NCBI GenBank assembly: GCA_964470085.1
Contig: CAYXZJ010000003.1
Coordinates: 1 to 43,482, forward strand
Source of the DNA: Candidatus Woesearchaeota archaeon
Lineage (GTDB): Archaea > Nanobdellota > Nanobdellia > Pacearchaeales > GW2011-AR1
DNA: 43,482 nt
Reading direction: 5' to 3'
Made by a program: the position numbers and the translations under genes. Shown in pieces: positions 24,182-32,544 of this stretch; position 1 is the stretch's first letter; each line of letters starts with the position of its first letter. The notes beneath the pieces were generated by a model. The model had not been told where the DNA came from and did not search any database. It worked only from the letters and a program-made list of their open reading frames with translations.

Positions 24182-25309
24182 CTATGGGATAATTTCTGGA
24201 CCAAAATTGTCTTCATAATTGAAATCATCTTTTTTTACAACATTTGAATCAATAAGACGATTTATGTCGTTCATCTTGGATTTTATCTCGTTAATATAAA
24301 ATTTAATCGAATCACAAATCATTTCATTCCCTTCTTCAGGCCAAAGTTCAGCATATCTCCAATACATACATCTTCCCCCACACAAATCATAAACATCGCA
24401 GTTTCCACATTTACTCTTACAGTCAAACTTCTTTAATTCACTTGGCTTATTATTTAAAGTTCCAGCCTTAAAGTCCTCTATAGAGTTCATAATTGGACAA
24501 TGAACGATTTTTCCACTAGTCGTAATAGTGTACCCCAAATAACCAGAACCACATCTTAATTCACATTTTTGATTATTTATTATAGGCTTTACTATTCCAA
24601 CAAACGGATAAATACGATATACTTTACCGTTTTGTACATTACTAAACCACCAATCAATCAATTTTTTATTAGATTTATTATATTCTTCGAAAAAATTCTT
24701 AATTTTATTATATTCATAATCAAATTTGTAAAATCCAACGTCTAATTGCCAATGTATAGATGAAAAAATTCCACAATCAATTAATGTTGTTAGATATTTT
24801 ACCTGTTCAAAAACATCTGGAAATTCTTGAGCAATAGTCATTCTTGCGACAATTTCTCCAGTATAACCATTTTCTCTTGCCCATTTTAAATTATTCATTA
24901 ATTTATCAAAAACTCCTTTTCCTCTGTTATAATCCGTCCTATCTTTACATCCATCGACAGAAACCAACATTTTATCAATCTTTTTCAAATATTCTATAGG
25001 AAGTAATTTTAAATTTAAAGCGTTTGTTTGCATTCTATATTTCATCGGTAAATCTTTCAAATAATCAATAATTTCAACAATTTTATTCGCTTTTAACAAA
25101 GGTTCTCCGCCGTAAAATATTAACACTGGATTAGGATCTTGCGAAAGAAATTTCTTCAATTTAGCCAAATCGACAGAACTATCACAAGGTTCACAAAAAT
25201 CGAACTTAAATTTTTTATCAAGTCCGTTGTCAAACTCTTGCATGGATTTTTCATAACAGTACTTACATTGTAAATTACAATCTTCTGTCAAAATTATGTG
25301 ATAATGCAT
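24182..25309 (-). CDS. Radical SAM enzyme with C-terminal SPASM domain (peptide/protein-modifying maturase type, AF0577-like)
   Basis: The N-terminus has LTEDCNLQCKYCY (CxxxCxxC) and FYGGEPLL. The C-terminus has CELRCGSGYLGYTITTSGKIVHCP followed by CGNCDVYDLCGGRC (CxxCx5CxxxC, the SPASM signature). Confidence 0.88.
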   Translation of the reverse strand: MHYHIILTEDCNLQCKYCYEKSMQEFDNGLDKKFKFDFCEPCDSSVDLAKLKKFLSQDPNPVLIFYGGEPLLKANKIVEIIDYLKDLPMKYRMQTNALNLKLLPIEYLKKIDKMLVSVDGCKDRTDYNRGKGVFDKLMNNLKWARENGYTGEIVARMTIAQEFPDVFEQVKYLTTLIDCGIFSSIHWQLDVGFYKFDYEYNKIKNFFEEYNKSNKKLIDWWFSNVQNGKVYRIYPFVGIVKPIINNQKCELRCGSGYLGYTITTSGKIVHCPIMNSIEDFKAGTLNNKPSELKKFDCKSKCGNCDVYDLCGGRCMYWRYAELWPEEGNEMICDSIKFYINEIKSKMNDINRLIDSNVVKKDDFNYEDNFGPEIIP

Positions 25310-25383
25310 ATTATTTCAATATAAAATACTCTTAAAAATCTATTGATAAAAATATTTATAAGATAAAGAATTCTAATATTTAT

Positions 25384-25647
25384 ATGAAAAACAAAAAAGG
25401 ACTCATCGGAGCAATATTGATTTTAGGAGTTCTTCTTGTCGTTGGTTTTATTTTCTTCAAAAATTCAATAACAGGAAACGTAATACATGAAGAAAACGAC
25501 GAATACGTAGAATATTGTGAAAGTTTCGGTTATAAAGTTGGAACATCTTTTTATGATAACGGAGAAAAATACACCGTATGTATAGACGACAATTATAAAA
25601 AATGCGACATAGAAGAATTTTATAAATCAGAATGTTTATTAGGATAA
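25384..25647 (+). CDS. Small membrane-anchored/secreted DUF333-like Cys protein
   Basis: The N-terminal TM/signal is LIGAILILGVLLVVGFIFF. YCESFGYKV...NGEKYTVCIDDNYKKCDIEEFYKSEC fits the DUF333 four-Cys pattern. Confidence 0.6.
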   Translation: MKNKKGLIGAILILGVLLVVGFIFFKNSITGNVIHEENDEYVEYCESFGYKVGTSFYDNGEKYTVCIDDNYKKCDIEEFYKSECLLG

Positions 25648-25655
25648 GGAGGTGA
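25646..25655 (+). promoter_or_regulatory. Shine-Dalgarno (AAGGAGGTGA)
   Basis: aaggaggtgaaaATG. The track start at 25652 is a GTG inside the SD. Confidence 0.6.
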
Positions 25656-25657
25656 AA

Positions 25658-26125
25658 ATGAAAAGCAAACTATGGGACAAGTACAAAATTGCCGTCATTA
25701 TAACAGTAATTGGAATAATTTTGATTTTAGTTTTAACAAACATTAATTCTGAAAATATAATAGGAAAAATTCTCCCACAAATTGGGCCGGTGACACAAAT
25801 AGCTAATCCAGCTTCGACAAATTGTATAGAACTAGGTGGAACATTGGAAACTAAAAATGACCAAAACGGAGAATACGCAATCTGTAAAAAAGACGAAGAG
25901 GAATGTGAAGAATGGGCATTATTTAAAGGAGAATGTGAATTTGAAAATATGCCAAAATGTGTACCAAAAACCTGTTGTCATCCAACAGAATGTGTATTAG
26001 AAGGTCAACAAGATAAATGTGAAGATACAATTTGTACAATGGAGTGTAGAGCTGGAACTTTAGATTGTGGCTTTGCATCTTGCACATACGTCTTAGGGAA
26101 ATGTGAGGTTGTACAAAATGAATAA
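25658..26125 (+). CDS. Membrane-anchored/secreted DUF333 protein with an extra Cys-rich C-terminal domain
   Basis: A TM segment (IAVIITVIGIILILVL) is followed by IANPASTNCIELGGTLETKNDQNGEYAICKKDEEECEEWALFKGEC, a canonical DUF333 pattern. The last ~55 aa contain 10 Cys (PKCVPKTCCHPTECV...CTMECRAGTLDCGFASCTYVLGKCEV). Confidence 0.7.
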   Translation: MKSKLWDKYKIAVIITVIGIILILVLTNINSENIIGKILPQIGPVTQIANPASTNCIELGGTLETKNDQNGEYAICKKDEEECEEWALFKGECEFENMPKCVPKTCCHPTECVLEGQQDKCEDTICTMECRAGTLDCGFASCTYVLGKCEVVQNE

Positions 26126-28874
26126 ATCATATTCTTTATTTTTTGTTTTTTTATTTTTATTAACATTTGTTAGTTGTACTGAAGAATTTAGTATAATGAT
26201 AAAACCAAACGGGAACATGTTGAGAACTCTTTCTTTTCAAAGAAATCCAACCGATTATGAAATAATTAACGTTACCGAAGAAGAATATAATGAGTTAATG
26301 GAATCAAATAGGTGGAAAATTGAAAGAATATATAAAATAAAACCTTTAATGACTGAATCTGTTGGAATAACAAACGCAAATTCTTCTTGGAATTTACAAG
26401 TTGATGGATTAAATATTACAGGTGAAAATCAAACCATATGTATAATAGACGATGGAATAGACTATAGACATCAAGATTTGGGAAATTGTACAAATGAAAC
26501 ATTTCTAGCCGGAAATTGTTCTAAAGTTATAGGAGGATACGACTTCGGAGATAACGATAGCGACCCATTCTCAGTATTCGATCATGGAACTCATGTAGCT
26601 GGAATTATATCCGGAAATGGAAGTATTGTAGGAATTGCACCAGATTCACAAATAGTAGCATTAAAAGTATTCAATGATAGTGGAATAGGAAATAGTACTT
26701 CAATTAGTGATGCTATAGATTGGTGTGTAAATCATTCATTAGAATACCATATAACTGTTATTTCAATCAGTTTAGGTCTAGAAAAAGAACCAAATGTAGA
26801 GATGTTATACGAAACCAATTGCGACGATAACTTTTCAAGAATGTATGGGGCAGTAGAAAAAGCAGTTGCAAAAAACATTTCTGTGGTTGTAGCAACAGGA
26901 AATTCTGGAAATCTTTCAGGAATTGGAGTTCCAGCTTGTCTTTCAAATGTAATTCCAGTTGGAGCAACATATGATTATGATGGAGAAATTTTTAATGGAA
27001 TGGGTGTAAAAATGGATAATACTACAATAAACAAAATCGCATATTTTACAAATAGAAATAATTTGTCAAAGATATTAGCTCCGGGAGCATTCATAAATTC
27101 TACAATTACTAATTATGGATATGGTGAAATGGCAGGAACATCGATGGCAACACCAATGGTTGCAGGAGCAATCGCCTTAATAAATCAATACTTAAATATG
27201 TCTAACCAAACAAAAAATTCGTCAGAAATTCAAAATTTACTTTATGATACAGGGAAAAAAATAAATGATTCCGGATACACCAATATAAATTATTCAAGAA
27301 TTGACATATACTCTGCATTATTAGAAATAGACAATACTTCTGCACAAATAACAAATAGTTTTCCAAAAAACAATACAAAAACTACAAATAACTCTTTTAT
27401 TTTCAAAGTAAATGTAAGCGATTGGCAATTAAAAAATATAACAATAAACTTGTATAACTCAACTGAACTATTATATACAAACACAACTAACATAACTGGG
27501 AAACAAAACTACTCCGAATTTAATTACACAATAGAAAATGAAGGATTATATTATTGGAATTATGAAGTATTCGATGTAAAAAACAACATACCAACAACAA
27601 CAAATAATTCAATAACACTAATACCTGTTTTTTCTGAATTAGTTACACCGACAAATTTAACTTATACAAATAAAAATGAAACAAATTTTACTTGTAACTC
27701 ATCATCTTATTCAATAAATTTATCGAACGTAACATTTACTTTATATAATTCAGCTGGATTATTATATACAAACACAACAAATATAACAGGGACAGAAAAT
27801 AGTACAACATTTAATTATACATTAAAAGATTATACGTTAAAAAACGAATCAGAATATTATTGGAATTGCTTCGTAACAAATAATAACTCGGTAAATTACA
27901 CAACTGATAATTATACACTCATTTATGACATAACTATTCCACAAATAATTAATTTATCGAACTATACAACAGATCAAAATGTAACAATATACTGGGATAT
28001 ATCAGAAGACGCAAATGTGTCGATAAATATATTTAATTTAACAAATAGTATAACAAAAAGTACTTCCGAATACAATAAAACAGGAGCATTAACAATAAAC
28101 GGATTACAAAATAATACCGAATATAATTTTACAATTAATTTTTGTGACAAAGCACAAAATTGCAACCTATCTCTAGATAATTTTACAATTAAAACATTAC
28201 AAACCTTATTCTGCGGAGATGGAATGTGTAATAATGCAGAAACCTGCTCATCATGTTCGTCAGATTGTGGAACATGTCCAAGAAAATCTTCTAGCGGTGG
28301 AGGTTCAACAGAACCAATCATTGGAACAACAACAAATCCAGTATTATTAACAAAAGTAAGTGAATATTCAAAGAATTTAGGTTTAAACACAAAAGTTTAT
28401 TTCCAAAATTCAAAAATGGAAAAACATTCTATTCAAATAAATAAAATACAAAATAAAACAGTCGAAATTGAATTAAATAGTGAACCAATAATATTCAACC
28501 TAAGTCAAAATGAATCCAAAAAAATAAACTTGAGTAACGACGAATTTTATGATTTGTATGTAAAAGTTAATTCAGTATTATCAAATAAAGCAAATATAAC
28601 AATAAAATCAATAAATGAAACAATAATTAATTTTGAAAAAATAAATGAAACAAACAATTTAACAACCGATAACAAAACATCTGAAGAAAAAAACTATTCA
28701 ATAATTAAATATGAAAAATTCCCTTTAGACAAAATATTAAATAAAACAACAGTAAACTATTTATTATTAGTAATCGGAACAATTATAGTATTAATGATAC
28801 TCATAAAAATAATAAAAAATGGAAAACAAAAAAGTAAAGCCACTAAGATTAAAGCCATCGGCAAGAGACAATAG
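26118..28874 (+). CDS. Subtilisin-like (S8) serine protease, surface-anchored, heavily sequon-decorated
   Basis: The catalytic triad is present: ICIIDDGID (D), DHGTHVAGIISG (H) and GTSMATPMVAGAIAL (S). The signal ends in the lipobox-like FVSC. Two ~90-aa repeats are present (LYNS..LLYTNTTNITG...YYWN). It also has a CGDGMCNNAETCSSCSSDCGTCP module and a C-terminal TM segment. The ATG at 26118 overlaps the upstream stop (ATGAATAA). Confidence 0.88.
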   Translation: MNKSYSLFFVFLFLLTFVSCTEEFSIMIKPNGNMLRTLSFQRNPTDYEIINVTEEEYNELMESNRWKIERIYKIKPLMTESVGITNANSSWNLQVDGLNITGENQTICIIDDGIDYRHQDLGNCTNETFLAGNCSKVIGGYDFGDNDSDPFSVFDHGTHVAGIISGNGSIVGIAPDSQIVALKVFNDSGIGNSTSISDAIDWCVNHSLEYHITVISISLGLEKEPNVEMLYETNCDDNFSRMYGAVEKAVAKNISVVVATGNSGNLSGIGVPACLSNVIPVGATYDYDGEIFNGMGVKMDNTTINKIAYFTNRNNLSKILAPGAFINSTITNYGYGEMAGTSMATPMVAGAIALINQYLNMSNQTKNSSEIQNLLYDTGKKINDSGYTNINYSRIDIYSALLEIDNTSAQITNSFPKNNTKTTNNSFIFKVNVSDWQLKNITINLYNSTELLYTNTTNITGKQNYSEFNYTIENEGLYYWNYEVFDVKNNIPTTTNNSITLIPVFSELVTPTNLTYTNKNETNFTCNSSSYSINLSNVTFTLYNSAGLLYTNTTNITGTENSTTFNYTLKDYTLKNESEYYWNCFVTNNNSVNYTTDNYTLIYDITIPQIINLSNYTTDQNVTIYWDISEDANVSINIFNLTNSITKSTSEYNKTGALTINGLQNNTEYNFTINFCDKAQNCNLSLDNFTIKTLQTLFCGDGMCNNAETCSSCSSDCGTCPRKSSSGGGSTEPIIGTTTNPVLLTKVSEYSKNLGLNTKVYFQNSKMEKHSIQINKIQNKTVEIELNSEPIIFNLSQNESKKINLSNDEFYDLYVKVNSVLSNKANITIKSINETIINFEKINETNNLTTDNKTSEEKNYSIIKYEKFPLDKILNKTTVNYLLLVIGTIIVLMILIKIIKNGKQKSKATKIKAIGKRQ

Positions 28875-29112
28875 AAGATACCTTTTAATTGATTCTGTCG
28901 ATCATAAAAATATTGAAAATGCTATTCTAAAATATATAGGCATACTTGGATATTCAAAAGCTGCGTTTATGTTTGTCAAAAATGATAAGTTTGAAAATAA
29001 AATAATTGGCTCGTGTCTGAGAAAATCATTAATTGATGTAAAATCTGCCTTATTATTATCGGATATAAAAGTGGAAAAAGTTTCAGAAACTATAAAGAGA
29101 TTAACAAATTAA
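28819..29112 (+). CDS. rnp2: RNase P protein component 2 (Pop5/Rnp2)
   Basis: KPLRLKPSARDNRRYLLI...ILGYSKAAFMFVKND...IIGSCLRKSLIDVKSALLL...VEKVSETIKRL parallels archaeal Pop5 (LPPTLR.KkRYi.f ... vSGTIKRL). Its start lies 56 nt inside the protease gene. Confidence 0.7.
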   Translation: MENKKVKPLRLKPSARDNRRYLLIDSVDHKNIENAILKYIGILGYSKAAFMFVKNDKFENKIIGSCLRKSLIDVKSALLLSDIKVEKVSETIKRLTN

Positions 29113-29771
29113 TTTTTTACCAAAACAGCTTCTTCCAAACCACTTTCATTATATTTTTCATCATTCAATTCAGGTATGCCATCAAAAACTTTATTACAAG
29201 AATCAATACTTTTGGATATCTCATACATTTCTTGTTCTAATCTTTTATAATCTTGTTCTAATCTTTTATAATCTTTTTTTAATATTTCATAATCTTGTTG
29301 TTTTTCTTTTAACCTTCTTTGATTTTCTATTGTTAATCTGTCATTTTGACCCTTTAATAGGTTGTTTTCCGTTTTGAATCTTTCATAAGTTTGTAGTTCA
29401 TCTAGTAATTTGTTGTATTCTATTATTAATCTTTCATAACTTTGTTGTTTTTCTGAATATTTCAATTCTAATTCTTGATATTCTGTATCTAATGGACAAT
29501 TCTCAGAACAAGAAATGTTGTTTATGCTAACAGAAGTTTCATCATTATTGTCAGAAATTTTTTCTTCCAACTTTGAGTTTTTATCATTTGATTTAAATGT
29601 TAAATCATCTGGAAAATTATATTTAACAGCATCAGCAGCAGATTTACCTAAACCCAAATATCCTGCAGCTAATATACCTCCAAGGAAAGAGAAAGGAAAC
29701 ACAGCAACTGAAACTAAAGCACCAGCCAAACCAGTATATTTAGCTACTGTTTCTCTAGTACTTCTTTTCAT
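29109..29771 (-). CDS. Membrane-anchored coiled-coil protein
   Basis: A Gly-zipper-like hydrophobic N-terminus (GLAGALVSVAVFPFSFLGGILAAGYLGLG) is followed by a long heptad-like region (YERLIIEYNKLLDELQTYERFK...DYKRLEQDYKRLEQ). I recognise no family. Confidence 0.5.
   Translation of the reverse strand: MKRSTRETVAKYTGLAGALVSVAVFPFSFLGGILAAGYLGLGKSAADAVKYNFPDDLTFKSNDKNSKLEEKISDNNDETSVSINNISCSENCPLDTEYQELELKYSEKQQSYERLIIEYNKLLDELQTYERFKTENNLLKGQNDRLTIENQRRLKEKQQDYEILKKDYKRLEQDYKRLEQEMYEISKSIDSCNKVFDGIPELNDEKYNESGLEEAVLVKN
29230..29271 (-). repeat. In-frame 21-nt tandem duplication (DYKRLEQ x2)
   Basis: tcttgttctaatcttttataa occurs twice in perfect tandem. Confidence 0.85.
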
Positions 29772-29997
29772 AACTTTAAATAGAAAGAATAATTTATAAA
29801 TATTACCATTAACAAGTTACACTACCTTTTTTAATTCAACACCATCAATAACAAGTAATTATCTAAAATACCTTCATAAATTCGCAATCTGGAATTCTAA
29901 CTCCTAAAGAATCATTATCTAAAAATAAATATCGCTCCATTTTTATATTCTGAACAAAGTCCATAAAGAATATAAACAAATCAAATTTAGAATAATT

Positions 29998-30252
29998 ATG
30001 ATATCAAATTGGGTCTTTTGGTTTATTGGCATTTTAACAATTCCTTTAGGATTTTTATTACATCACATAACAAAAGATGAAAAAGATATTTATACCAAAT
30101 TTTTCCCCGCTATTTTATGGATTTTAGCAATTATAAGTGCTATTTTTTTAACAATTAATAAAACTACAGCTATCAAAACAATTTATATGTTCATAACAAT
30201 CCTATTCTGGAATTATGCAGATAAAATAATTAACATTTTTAACAAAAAATAA
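29998..30252 (+). CDS. Small integral membrane protein (about 3 TM segments)
   Basis: 84 aa, mostly hydrophobic (WVFWFIGILTIPLGFLL, FFPAILWILAIISAIFL, IYMFITILFW). Confidence 0.4.
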   Translation: MISNWVFWFIGILTIPLGFLLHHITKDEKDIYTKFFPAILWILAIISAIFLTINKTTAIKTIYMFITILFWNYADKIINIFNKK

Positions 30253-30273
30253 AATTATATAAAAATAATAAAA

Positions 30274-32445
30274 TTACTGATTCTCAGATAATCCTTTTCT
30301 AGTTCTAATAGAAGCTATAACCTTATCTTGTAATTCTCTAGGCAGTGGCTTGAAACTCTGACTTACTAAACTAGAAACTCCTCTTCCTTCAGTCGTAGAT
30401 CTCAAATCACTTGTCCAACCAATCATTTCTCCAACAGGCAATTCTCCTCTTATTGTAACTCCACTAGCATCCTGTTGTACATCAACTAAATTTCCTCTCT
30501 TTTGAGAAATCAACGATGTTAATGCACCCATAAAATCATTTGGAGCTTCAACTTGATGTATCTGTACAGGTTCATAAATAGTTGGAATAGCACCTCTCAT
30601 TGCTTCTCTTATAGCATCTCTAACTGCAGGATATACCTGAGCAGGACCTCGGTGAATTGCATCTTCATGAAGTTTTAAATCAACTAAACTTACTTTCATC
30701 TTAAAACATGGTTCTCTAGCCAAAGGACCAGCCTTCATAACTTCCTCAAATGCATCCAATACTAATTCTATAACTTCACCAATATGAACTTCTCCCTTTG
30801 TCTTATCTAGAAATACATTTCCTTGGAATATATCTCTATATTGTTGTGCTTCTTCTCTAGATATTCCTAATCCAACCAAAGTTTCATCTAAAGTCTTATC
30901 TTTCTTTTTTACTCTTCCTCCAGGTAACTTAGATTCAGATATTGCCTTAACAATTGACTCTTCTAAAGGTTCAACTGTCAAGAAGAAACTATTATGTTTG
31001 TTAGGAGAACGACCTTCAGCTGCAACAGATGCCTTACTTACAGATTCTCTATAAACAATTACTGGAGGACCAATTTGAACATCTAAACCTTTTTCAGTCT
31101 TTATTCTGTTCTCAATTATCTCTAAATGTAATTCACCCATACCAGAGATCAAAGATTCACCAGTTTCTTCGTTAATTTCAATTCTTAAAGAAGGATCTTC
31201 CTTTCCAACTTGTCTTAATACTTCAATTAACTTTGGCAAATCAGCTGTTCTTTTCGCAGTAATACTCTTAGTAACTACTGGTTCAAATAAGTGCGTTATA
31301 GCATCAAAATGTTCCATTGGATTTTTACTAACCGTTTCACCAACAACAACATCTTTTAACCCAACTAATCCAACAATATTACCAGCCACAACCTCGTCTA
31401 ACTGAACTCTTTGAGCTCCCTTGTAAACAGAAACTTGTTGAGCTCTTACTTTTTTATTAGCTAAATTCAAATATAATTCATCACCTTGTTTAATTTTTCC
31501 AGCGAACAATCTACCACAAGCAACTTCACCAGCATGAGGATCAATAACGATTTTAATTGGAACAAATGCAACCTCACCATCAATGTTACATGTCCTTAAA
31601 TCTTGTCCAACTGAACTATCAACGTCACCATGCCAAATCTTTGGAACTCTATATTCTTGAGCTTGTCTAGGATTTGGATGGTTTTTTACTACCATAGTCA
31701 AAACAACTTCATGAATTGGAGCTAATTTTGCTAATTTCTTATAATTTTCTTCTCCAGATTCGTAAGCATCAATAATATCCTTAAAAGTTATACCTTTCTT
31801 CTGCATGTAAGGAACACTTAAAGCCCAATTATGGAAAGCACTACCAAAAGCAACAGTACCATCAGCCACACTAACTTGCCACTTTTGTTTATATTCATCC
31901 TCAGCAATTTCCGCAATTAATCTATTAACATCGTTAATTATCTTAATAAATCTTTTTTGCATATCTTCAGGAGTCAATTTTACCTCTCTAATCAATCTAT
32001 CAACTTTATTTATGAACAAAACTGGTTTTACTCTTTCCTTCAATGCTTGTCTCAAAACTGTTTCCGTTTGCGGCATTATACCTTCAGAAGCACAACATAA
32101 AACTATAGCTCCATCAACAGCTCTCATAGCCCTAGTAACATCACCACCAAAATCTACGTGACCTGGAGTATCAATCAAGTTAATTAAATAATCAACACCT
32201 TCAACGTGATGAACCATAGAAACACTAGCTGCATCAATTGTAATACCTCTTGCTGCTTCATCTTCATGAAAATCCAAAGTTCTAACTTTACCAGCCAATT
32301 CTTCACTCATCATACCAGCACCAGCAAGTAAATTATCAGAGAATGTAGTCTTACCATGATCGATGTGAGCACAAATTGCAATATTTCTTATGTGAGTTGG
32401 ATCTCTTTGTAACTCTTCAATCTTCTCAATACTAACATCAGCCAT
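30274..32445 (-). CDS. fusA: Translation elongation factor EF-2 (aEF-2)
   Basis: IRNIAICAHIDHGKTTFSDNLL, LINLIDTPGHVDF, NKVDR and the diphthamide-site block HEDAIHRGPAQ. Confidence 0.96.
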   Translation of the reverse strand: MADVSIEKIEELQRDPTHIRNIAICAHIDHGKTTFSDNLLAGAGMMSEELAGKVRTLDFHEDEAARGITIDAASVSMVHHVEGVDYLINLIDTPGHVDFGGDVTRAMRAVDGAIVLCCASEGIMPQTETVLRQALKERVKPVLFINKVDRLIREVKLTPEDMQKRFIKIINDVNRLIAEIAEDEYKQKWQVSVADGTVAFGSAFHNWALSVPYMQKKGITFKDIIDAYESGEENYKKLAKLAPIHEVVLTMVVKNHPNPRQAQEYRVPKIWHGDVDSSVGQDLRTCNIDGEVAFVPIKIVIDPHAGEVACGRLFAGKIKQGDELYLNLANKKVRAQQVSVYKGAQRVQLDEVVAGNIVGLVGLKDVVVGETVSKNPMEHFDAITHLFEPVVTKSITAKRTADLPKLIEVLRQVGKEDPSLRIEINEETGESLISGMGELHLEIIENRIKTEKGLDVQIGPPVIVYRESVSKASVAAEGRSPNKHNSFFLTVEPLEESIVKAISESKLPGGRVKKKDKTLDETLVGLGISREEAQQYRDIFQGNVFLDKTKGEVHIGEVIELVLDAFEEVMKAGPLAREPCFKMKVSLVDLKLHEDAIHRGPAQVYPAVRDAIREAMRGAIPTIYEPVQIHQVEAPNDFMGALTSLISQKRGNLVDVQQDASGVTIRGELPVGEMIGWTSDLRSTTEGRGVSSLVSQSFKPLPRELQDKVIASIRTRKGLSENQ

Positions 32446-32464
32446 AAGATATATTTTGAATTAC

Positions 32465-32475
32465 TTATTTAAAAA
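32465..32475 (-). promoter_or_regulatory. Candidate TATA box for EF-2
   Basis: The minus strand reads tttttaaataa about 20-30 nt upstream of the ATG at 32445, with no SD, which would fit a leaderless mRNA. The AT-rich background makes this weak. Confidence 0.3.
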
Positions 32476-32544
32476 CCTTTTGGAAAAATATTTAGTATTT
32501 ATACAAAACTAAAAGTTTAAAATATGTAAAATATAATCTATTTT

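Noticed and set aside
24182-25309. The rSAM gene as a hydrogenase maturase (HydE/HydG) or an anaerobic sulfatase-maturating enzyme
   Set aside because: HydE and HydG lack a SPASM domain and have different C-terminal motifs. For an anSME role, I found no sulfatase gene or (C/S)-x-(P/A)-x-R target motif conserved across the neighbouring paralogs (KGCPIIR, HGVPISN and KGMPEKR do not fit).
27974-28390. 138-aa minus-strand ORF. The same applies to 26767..26970 and 27290..27493.
   Set aside because: They are antisense to the S8 protease gene. They are shadow ORFs.
29863-29940. 25-aa minus-strand ORF (MERYLFLDNDSLGVRIPDCEFMKVF) in the 226-nt intergenic region
   Set aside because: It has no Shine-Dalgarno and no recognisable motif, and its length is within chance expectation.
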